A stretch of DNA of 11,270 nucleotides from the IMG/VR virus record IMGVR_UViG_3300045988_037349, one strand, 5' to 3'. Numbering within the stretch: the first letter of the stretch is position 1; every line of letters starts with the position of its first letter. The translations under genes and the position numbers were made by a program. This DNA comes from a virus. This document shows, piece after piece, positions 1-5,748 of the stretch. The notes below the pieces were generated by a model that did not search any database, was not told the DNA's origin, and saw only the letters and a program-made list of their open reading frames with translations.

Positions 1-73
1 TAAGAGTAAATAAACATCAACATCCAAAGAATACGAATATGAATATCAAGAAGAAATATGCACAACGACCCCC

Positions 74-115
74 TTTTTAACATTTCCCAACACATTTTTA
101 ACATTCGCCAACAGA
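74..115 (+). repeat. Two tandem 21-bp direct repeats inside the ITR (mirrored at 11156..11197)
   Basis: TTTTTAACATTTCCCAACACA (74..94) is followed directly by TTTTTAACATTCGCCAACAGA (95..115). They match at 18 of 21 positions. The 21-bp period is about two helical turns. Confidence 0.9.
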
Positions 116-149
116 GTTTGGCACGCTTTTTGCATAGGCCGTGCCAAAC
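116..149. repeat. Perfect 10-bp inverted repeat with 14-nt spacer inside the ITR (mirrored at 11122..11155)
   Basis: GTTTGGCACG (116..125) and CGTGCCAAAC (140..149) are exact reverse complements. The spacer is CTTTTTGCATAGGC. Confidence 0.9.
119..135 (+). promoter_or_regulatory. Sigma-54-type -24/-12 consensus match, copy 1 (in ITR); promoter function unproven
   Basis: TGGCACG-CTTT-TTGCAT fits TGGCACG-N4-TTGCW at every conserved position. It is part of the conserved 21-mer TTTGGCACGCTTTTTGCATAG (117..137). Confidence 0.45.
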
Positions 150-189
150 CTCCAAAATCCATGAAAAAACACCTCATCGCAAAATAATT

Positions 190-206
190 TGGCACGCTTT
201 TTGCAT
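190..206 (+). promoter_or_regulatory. Sigma-54-type -24/-12 consensus match, copy 2 (outside ITR)
   Basis: The identical 21-mer TTTGGCACGCTTTTTGCATAG lies at 188..208, 71 bp downstream of copy 1. It points toward the first gene. Confidence 0.45.
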
Positions 207-253
207 AGCTACAAAACAAAAATAAACCTTTTAAGATATTTTAATACTAAAAA

Positions 254-285
254 TTTGCATTAAGCACACAAAGTAACTACCTTTG
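254..285 (+). promoter_or_regulatory. Bacteroidota-type promoter (-33 TTTG / -7 TAnnTTTG) for the early operon
   Basis: TTTG (254..257), then a 20-nt spacer, then TACCTTTG (278..285). An A-rich leader follows up to the ATG at 319. Confidence 0.65.
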
Positions 286-318
286 CAATATCAAAATTAA
301 AAACAAAACATTACAGCA

Positions 319-609
319 ATGAAGTACGGCATATATTTCACACGCTCTAATAGCAACGATGACTACCAAATAAGTACAAAAGGTTGGTACACTGAAACTC
401 CTTACAGCACATTGAAGGCAGCAAAGGCGGCCCTCGAAGGCATTGCGCTTATGCTTAACGAAGACTTTTACAAGTGTACTTACAAAGATAGGTTAACACT
501 TGATGGGGTTAGAACTGACAACATATCGCGAAAGGGTAAAGGTATAGTTATACTACCTCCACCTATAACAGACAAAGTAACATTTAAGATTTGCGTATAT
601 CACTACTAA
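319..609 (+). CDS. Hypothetical early protein (96 aa)
   Basis: First ORF downstream of the 254..285 promoter. It lies on the same strand as all recognisable genes. No motif recognised. Confidence 0.6.
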   Translation: MKYGIYFTRSNSNDDYQISTKGWYTETPYSTLKAAKAALEGIALMLNEDFYKCTYKDRLTLDGVRTDNISRKGKGIVILPPPITDKVTFKICVYHY

Positions 610-620
610 AATATAATACA

Positions 621-872
621 ATGACAACTACAGCGCAAATGTACGATGAGATTGCACACATTTTGCGAGTAACTCGCAACAATGTCGAGTATGAAGCAGA
701 ACGCGACAAATCGCAATTACTTTGTGATGTTGCGACAACGTTAGGCAATTTGGCTACGTTAGTAGACAATATAAGTACAGATATAAAGGCGCGTGAAATC
801 TCGCAAAAGAAAGAGAGTGAGCGAGACACCGCCAATAACTTCTACATGAAGCGTTTCACAAAGCGAGTTTAG
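621..872 (+). CDS. Hypothetical early protein (83 aa, helical, basic C-terminus)
   Basis: The ORF track gives 591..872, but the ATG at 591 overlaps the upstream gene. The ATG at 621 (MTTTAQ...) lies 11 nt after that gene's stop. No motif recognised. Confidence 0.55.
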   Translation: MTTTAQMYDEIAHILRVTRNNVEYEAERDKSQLLCDVATTLGNLATLVDNISTDIKAREISQKKESERDTANNFYMKRFTKRV

Positions 873-887
873 AACCTATTATATAAC

Positions 888-927
888 GTTTCACGTGAAA
901 CAAAATACAAATTGTTTCGCGTGGAAC
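888..927. promoter_or_regulatory. Pair of related 14-bp palindromic sites (candidate operator or phage-specific promoter)
   Basis: GTTTCACGTGAAAC (888..901) is a perfect palindrome. GTTTCGCGTGGAAC (914..927) is a close relative. Their centres are 26 bp apart, in the intergenic gap before the ATG at 946. Confidence 0.5.
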
Positions 928-945
928 ACAAACCAACAAAACGAA

Positions 946-1155
946 ATGAAAAAGAAGATTTTAAAGGGCGTGGGTACATTTCTTTTTTGTATCTCTTACG
1001 TGCTTGTTTTATTCTCTGTGCTTTACGGCCTTTGCATGGCTTTGCAAAGTTGCTCAATGTACCGACAGTCCGACATTAACGGCAGTACAACAATTGTGAC
1101 CACCGACACAACACGCATCAATCACAACACACTTTTAAAATACCAAAAGAAATGA
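946..1155 (+). CDS. Small membrane or secreted protein (69 aa), possible lipoprotein
   Basis: The internal ATG of track ORF 895..1155 gives MKKKILK followed by a long hydrophobic stretch and then ALQSC, which is lipobox-like. The 895 start would sit inside the palindromic sites. The stop overlaps the next ATG (ATGA). Confidence 0.55.
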   Translation: MKKKILKGVGTFLFCISYVLVLFSVLYGLCMALQSCSMYRQSDINGSTTIVTTDTTRINHNTLLKYQKK

Positions 1156-1322
1156 ACGAAGAAAGAAACCAGTTTGACGAAGCGATATTTACCGCTTGTA
1201 CATCACTTGGCCAACTTATGACCACCAAAGAAGTTAATGCGAACACTCGCACACTTTTGAAAATCTCGAAGTTTAGAAACTTCCTGACGAACCTAAGCAA
1301 CGAACACGCACCCCAAAATTAA
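1152..1322 (+). CDS. Hypothetical small protein (56 aa), not in the ORF track
   Basis: I read this by hand: ATG at 1152 to TAA at 1320..1322, giving MNEERNQFDEAIFTACTSLGQLMTTKEVNANTRTLLKISKFRNFLTNLSNEHAPQN. It fills an otherwise empty + strand gap. The ATGA overlap with the upstream stop suggests translational coupling. Confidence 0.5.
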   Translation: MNEERNQFDEAIFTACTSLGQLMTTKEVNANTRTLLKISKFRNFLTNLSNEHAPQN

Positions 1323-1333
1323 AGTACTAAGTT

Positions 1334-1687
1334 ATGACAAGTTTTTCAGAAAAGTACAATAAGGGCAACGAAAACCCCTTTAAGTTTGACCTTAAAGGCT
1401 ACGACTTTACGAGCCTTAAAGAGTTATACAACGCTGACCCTAATAAGGTACACGCGTTAGACGGCTTTTATTTTACACGCGGTAAGTTCGGTGTAAAAGT
1501 CGTGGTTGTGATGTTGGACGTTAAAAAGCGTGTCGATATGCCTATCTACCTAACTAAGGTATTTAATGACATCGTAAATAATACGGACGCTGTAAAAGAC
1601 ATCAAACACGGCAAAGTTGGTTTTGTAGTACGTAAGTACGAGAGTCACGGCCGCAACTGCCATACTATTAGTTTTAAGGACATCTAA
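1334..1687 (+). CDS. Putative ssDNA-binding protein (phi29 p5-like), 117 aa
   Basis: Size and position (just upstream of the terminal protein and polymerase genes) fit. The C-terminal pattern TKVFNDIV...KHGKVGFVVRKYESHGRNCHTISF resembles my recollection of the phi29 p5 C-terminus (SKTV...KVKVVQGTSSKGNVFFSL). A strong terminator follows, as expected for a protein needed in high copy. Confidence 0.4.
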   Translation: MTSFSEKYNKGNENPFKFDLKGYDFTSLKELYNADPNKVHALDGFYFTRGKFGVKVVVVMLDVKKRVDMPIYLTKVFNDIVNNTDAVKDIKHGKVGFVVRKYESHGRNCHTISFKDI

Positions 1688-1700
1688 CAAGTAACACAAT

Positions 1701-1740
1701 TAGGTAGGTAGCATATAACTACCTACCTATTTTAATTTTA
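1701..1740 (+). terminator. Rho-independent terminator or attenuator after the early block
   Basis: Perfect 11-bp stem TAGGTAGGTAG (1701..1711) / CTACCTACCTA (1719..1729) with a 7-nt loop. TTTTAATTTTA follows. Confidence 0.8.
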
Positions 1741-1745
1741 CAGCT

Positions 1746-2384
1746 ATGCCTAACAAGATAGGATACAAACAAAGCGTATTTACTGCAACTCAACGTACAG
1801 AGTTAAGGCAGGACATCATACAAAGCGTTGAGAGTAGCCCTGAACTAAGAAAGGAAGTAAGACGCGTATTTCAGCAAGCAAATAGACGTATACAGAATAT
1901 AGAAGACAAGGGGTTATTAAGTCCCGCAGTAACAGCCTTAAACAAAGGAGATATAAAAGGCTTTAGCAAATTTTCCGTTAGTGGCCAAAGTTGGGACGAA
2001 ATAAAAACAGAGTACGCAAAGGCAGTATCTTTTTTACGTCAGCCAACGAGTACCGCTCAGGGCACACGAACGTATAATGACCACATAAAAACCGCCTACG
2101 GACTTACCGACAAAGAATTTAATTTAATGGTCGGCAAGCTAAACGAAAAGCTAACAAGTTTAAGCGATAGCGATTTTGTAGAAAAATACCTAATGAAGTA
2201 CAAAGATTTTACGGGAGATTTGGAGCAAAGCGCACGAGACGCTAGCGAACAAATTGAAAGTGAAGCAGTAAGCCTACAAAACGCCATAGATAGCAATATC
2301 GAAAGCGAAGCCAACAAACTAACTAACGAAGTCGAAAGTGAGATTAACAGCATATTAGAAGAATTTAATAACTTCGGTTTATGA
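1746..2384 (+). CDS. Candidate terminal protein (212 aa)
   Basis: It lies immediately upstream of the protein-primed PolB and is coupled to it by an ATGA overlap (2381..2384), the same synteny as phi29 gp3-gp2. The N-terminal half is basic (RKEVRRVFQQANRRIQNIEDKG) and the C-terminal half strongly acidic and Ser-rich, like a DNA-mimicking priming domain. Sequence similarity to phi29 terminal protein is weak. Confidence 0.55.
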   Translation: MPNKIGYKQSVFTATQRTELRQDIIQSVESSPELRKEVRRVFQQANRRIQNIEDKGLLSPAVTALNKGDIKGFSKFSVSGQSWDEIKTEYAKAVSFLRQPTSTAQGTRTYNDHIKTAYGLTDKEFNLMVGKLNEKLTSLSDSDFVEKYLMKYKDFTGDLEQSARDASEQIESEAVSLQNAIDSNIESEANKLTNEVESEINSILEEFNNFGL

Positions 2385-4567
2385 AAAAGGTAAAATATGA
2401 GCAACATAGTGGTATTTATAAGGCAACCCACATAAAAGATATTTTGCAGTTGGCCGTAAATGACAAAAACGTAATAGGCAACAATAAAGGGTGTAAATTT
2501 TACAACGTGCCGTGCTCATTTGATATAGAAGTAAGTAGTTTTTATCGAGACGAAGACGGCAACACATACACATACGAGCAGTACACTAAATTAGGTGTAA
2601 AAATGGAAAAATGTGCTATTATGTACGTGTGGCAATTTGGCATAAATGGGTACGTAATAGTTGGCCGTACCTGGGACGAGTTTACAGCCATGTGTAACAC
2701 GATAGCGGCAACTTTGGAGTTATCCACAAACAAAAAACTAATAGTATATATACACAATTTATCATACGAATTCCAGTTTTTGCGCACCCTTTTTGAGTGG
2801 GACAAAGTATTTAGCATTGACCTACGCAAGCCATTATACGCAACTACAACAATAGGCTTAGAATTTAGGTGTAGCTACTTACTAAGCGGCTACAACCTAG
2901 CAAAGTTAGGCGAGCAACTACAAACGTACAAGTGTGCAAAAATGGTTGGAGATTTGGACTACACCAAAATACGCCACACACAAACAAAGTTAACCGATAA
3001 AGAGTTGCTTTACTGCGTAAATGACATAAAAGTAGTAATGAACTACATACAAGAGCAATTGGAGCAAAACAAGTTAATAACAAGATTGCCACTAACTAAA
3101 ACGGGTTATGTACGAAAGCATTGCCGCAAAGCAATGCTAAGCAAAAATGTTAACGGAAAAACCGCCCGAAATTGGGAATGTATTAATTTAATCCAATCAC
3201 TAACTATTTCGGGACTCCACGAATTTAACATGTTGCAAAGGGCTTTTAGTGGCGGATTTACCCACGGCAATGCTAACCACATAGACGAAATATGTGAAGA
3301 CGTTGCAAGTTACGATTTTACGAGTAGTTACCCGTATGTTATGGTGTCCGAAAAATTCCCTATGTCGAGAGGTATAAGGGTGCAACCCCGAAACATGAAA
3401 GAATTTGAGTACTACACAAGTAAGTACCTTTGTATTTTTGACGTGGAATTTACCAACATTTTTGCAAAAGAGTTGCAGGATAACCCTATAAGTGTATCTA
3501 AATGCTTTGTAAAAATAAATCACGTTGAAAATAACGGCCGCTTAGTATGTGCTGCAAAGGTAGCCACTACAATAACTAACATAGACTACAACATAATACG
3601 CAACTTTTACTCGTGGGGCGGTGTCCGTATCGGTGCAATGTATTGTTATAAGGCCGACTATTTACCAACTGATTTTGTACGTACCATTTTGGACCTATAC
3701 GAAAATAAGACAAAGTTAAAAGGCGTGCAAGGAAAAGAAGTGGAGTATTTAAATAGTAAGGAAATGTTAAATAGTTGCTATGGTATGTGTGTTACTAACC
3801 CGTTGCGCGATGAATTTGTATATGATGGGCAATGGGACGAAAACAAACTAACAGAAAGCGAAAAGGCCGAGATGTTACAGAAGTACAACGAAAGTAAAAA
3901 CCGATTTTTGTTTTACCCTTGGGGTGTTTTTGTTACTGCTTATGCAAGGCGCAATTTATTTACTGCAATCTACGAGGCAAAGCAAGATTACATATACAGC
4001 GACACCGACAGCATTAAACTACGTAACGCAGCAGCACATAAGCGGTATTTTGATATGTATAACAATGTAGTATATAACAAATTAAAGGCCGCGTGCAAAC
4101 ATCACAACATAGATTTTGACAAATGTGAACCCGAAACAATTAAAGGTGTTACAAAAACTTTAGGCGTTTGGGACTACGAAGGGACATACAAACGCTTTAA
4201 GACGTTGGGTGCGAAAAGATACATGGTGCAGGCAGAAAACGCCATAAACGTAGGCGGCAAAAGTTATGAATACAGCCTAACAATTAGCGGTGTAAACAAA
4301 AAGGCTGCAATACCCTACCTAGTTAAAAAGTATGGTGACAACATATTTAACGCATTTACGAATTATTTAGAATTTCCGTGCGAAGCCACGGGAAAGAATA
4401 TACATACATACATAGACTACAAAATAAGTGGTGAAGTAACCGACTACACGGGCAAAAAATGTACCTTTGCCGAAAACACGGGTGTACACCTAGAGCCAAC
4501 AAGTTACAACCTATCTTTAAGCGTTATGTACCTTAATTATTTGCAAGGCATAAAGCTAAAAGATTAA
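2381..4567 (+). CDS. Protein-primed family-B DNA polymerase (728 aa)
   Basis: All signature motifs occur in order: ExoI CSFDIEV, ExoII HNLSYEFQF, ExoIII YCVNDIKV, motif A YDFTSSYPYVM, motif B KEMLNSCYGM, motif C YSDTDS (nt 3995..4012), and KxY GAKRYM. Confidence 0.96.
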   Translation: MKKVKYEQHSGIYKATHIKDILQLAVNDKNVIGNNKGCKFYNVPCSFDIEVSSFYRDEDGNTYTYEQYTKLGVKMEKCAIMYVWQFGINGYVIVGRTWDEFTAMCNTIAATLELSTNKKLIVYIHNLSYEFQFLRTLFEWDKVFSIDLRKPLYATTTIGLEFRCSYLLSGYNLAKLGEQLQTYKCAKMVGDLDYTKIRHTQTKLTDKELLYCVNDIKVVMNYIQEQLEQNKLITRLPLTKTGYVRKHCRKAMLSKNVNGKTARNWECINLIQSLTISGLHEFNMLQRAFSGGFTHGNANHIDEICEDVASYDFTSSYPYVMVSEKFPMSRGIRVQPRNMKEFEYYTSKYLCIFDVEFTNIFAKELQDNPISVSKCFVKINHVENNGRLVCAAKVATTITNIDYNIIRNFYSWGGVRIGAMYCYKADYLPTDFVRTILDLYENKTKLKGVQGKEVEYLNSKEMLNSCYGMCVTNPLRDEFVYDGQWDENKLTESEKAEMLQKYNESKNRFLFYPWGVFVTAYARRNLFTAIYEAKQDYIYSDTDSIKLRNAAAHKRYFDMYNNVVYNKLKAACKHHNIDFDKCEPETIKGVTKTLGVWDYEGTYKRFKTLGAKRYMVQAENAINVGGKSYEYSLTISGVNKKAAIPYLVKKYGDNIFNAFTNYLEFPCEATGKNIHTYIDYKISGEVTDYTGKKCTFAENTGVHLEPTSYNLSLSVMYLNYLQGIKLKD

Positions 4568-4571
4568 AAAT

Positions 4572-4585
4572 GTTCCACGTGAAAC
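4572..4585. promoter_or_regulatory. Third copy of the CACGTG-centred 14-bp palindromic site
   Basis: GTTCCACGTGAAAC lies 10 nt upstream of the ATPase ATG, in the 28-nt gap between polymerase and ATPase. It is the reverse complement of the 914..927 site apart from one base. Confidence 0.5.
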
Positions 4586-4595
4586 AATCCAAACA

Positions 4596-5711
4596 ATGAA
4601 GAAAGAAGCAATAAAATTTTACTCGCTCGCAAATATCCTAAACAAAAAGGCAGATTATAACATAATATTCGGTGAGCGCTCAAACGGCAAAACATACGCT
4701 ACTTTGGCGTATGGTATAAAGAAGTATGTACAGACAGGGAAACAAATGGCCTATATACGTAGGTGGCGAGAGGATTTGCGTGGCAAACGTGCCGAAAGTC
4801 TGTTCGCTAACCACGTTGCAAACGGGTATATTGAAGAAGTAACAAATGGAGAATTTAACGCGGTATTTTACTTAGGTAGTAAATGGTATCTTGCAAAATA
4901 CGACCAAGAAAAGAAAAAGTACGTGCCCCAAACCACACCTTTTTGCTATGGCTTTTGCTTGTCAGAGCAAGAGCATGAAAAGAGTAGCAGTTACCCCAAC
5001 GTCACAACGATAGTATTTGATGAGTTTTTAACTCGTCGCTACTACCTACCCGACGAGTTTATGCTGTTTATGAACCTTTTAAGCACCATAATAAGACAGC
5101 GAGACGACGTTAAAGTATTTATGTTGGGTAACACGATTAACAAGTTTTGCCCCTACTTTACCGAAATGGGGTTGAAGCAAGTAACTAACATGGAGCAAGG
5201 CACTATCGACATATACAAGTTTGGGCAACATGGAGCAGTAGTAGCGGTGGAGTATTGCAGCACCATTGTCAAGCAAAAAGCAAGTAACAAGTATTTTTGC
5301 TTTGACAACCAAAACCTTGAAATGATAACCGGGGGCAAGTGGGAAATGGCGGCCTATCCACATTTGCCAACTAAATACACCCCCAAAGACGTGCTTTTTG
5401 TGTATTACATTGTATTCAACGAATACATTTTGCAAGGCAACATTATACAAGCAGGAAACGAAAACTTTACCTACATACACAGGAAGACCACCCCCATAAA
5501 AGACCCCGAAAACGCCCTAATATACAGCCTACACATGAACGGAAAACCGAACTACAAGCGCAAGTTAATAAGCAGTGCGACGTATTTAGAGAGTCAAGTG
5601 GCGCGGTATTTTGCCACCGATAAAGTATTTTACCAAAATAACGAGGTAGGCGAAATTGTGCGAAATTATTTAATGACATCCGCCAAAACCAACATTGTAA
5701 GTATCAAATAA
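4596..5711 (+). CDS. DNA encapsidation (packaging) ATPase, phi29 gp16 family (371 aa)
   Basis: Walker A is FGERSNGKT (nt 4671..4694). The segments AYIRRWREDL, EKSSSYPNVTTIVFDEF (Walker B) and LGNTINKFCPYF run parallel to my recollection of gp16 (GARGIGKS, IYVRRYKPEL, EKSNAYPNVSTIVFDEF, LSNAVSVVNPYF). Confidence 0.93.
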   Translation: MKKEAIKFYSLANILNKKADYNIIFGERSNGKTYATLAYGIKKYVQTGKQMAYIRRWREDLRGKRAESLFANHVANGYIEEVTNGEFNAVFYLGSKWYLAKYDQEKKKYVPQTTPFCYGFCLSEQEHEKSSSYPNVTTIVFDEFLTRRYYLPDEFMLFMNLLSTIIRQRDDVKVFMLGNTINKFCPYFTEMGLKQVTNMEQGTIDIYKFGQHGAVVAVEYCSTIVKQKASNKYFCFDNQNLEMITGGKWEMAAYPHLPTKYTPKDVLFVYYIVFNEYILQGNIIQAGNENFTYIHRKTTPIKDPENALIYSLHMNGKPNYKRKLISSATYLESQVARYFATDKVFYQNNEVGEIVRNYLMTSAKTNIVSIK

Positions 5712-5725
5712 TTTCTGTACATTTG
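5694..5725 (+). promoter_or_regulatory. Bacteroidota-type promoter for the structural block
   Basis: ATTG (5694..5697), then a 20-nt spacer, then TACATTTG (5718..5725). It spans the ATPase 3' end and the intergenic gap, with the -7 box ending 23 nt before the ATG at 5749. Confidence 0.55.
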
Positions 5726-5748
5726 CACTATTAATAACACCTTACACA

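Larger units (their letters stand above)
1..154. repeat. Left inverted terminal repeat (154 bp, perfect)
   Basis: I compared this base by base. The reverse complement of 11117..11270 equals 1..154. Identity breaks at 155 (a, versus c expected from 11116). The repeat reaches the exact window end. Confidence 0.97.

Noticed and set aside
117-149. Resemblance to adenovirus origin auxiliary sites: TTGGC...GCCAA (NFI-like half-sites) and, at the right end, an exact ATGCAAAT octamer (11066..11073).
   Set aside because: The NFI half-site spacing is wrong (20 nt rather than 5). All proteins here are bacteriophage-type (HK97-fold capsid, gp10 portal, gp16 ATPase). I treat this as coincidence arising from the TGGCAC/TTGCAT motif.
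161-187. Eight-codon micro-ORF (MKKHLIAK) between the two sigma-54-like elements.
   Set aside because: It is too short to evaluate and is not mirrored at the right end. It is probably a chance ATG in an A-rich spacer.
591-945. Longer upstream starts offered by the ORF track: 591 for the 83-aa gene and 895 for the membrane protein.
   Set aside because: The 591 start overlaps the preceding gene by 19 nt and adds a hydrophobic, nonsensical N-terminus. The 895 start lies inside the palindromic regulatory sites and precedes a canonical MKKK signal-like start at 946.
4373-4395. Imperfect inverted repeat TTTCCGTG-CGAAGC-CACGGGAAA inside the polymerase gene.
   Set aside because: The stem is short and bulged, lies within coding sequence, has no T-tract and has no second copy. 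It is probably fortuitous.
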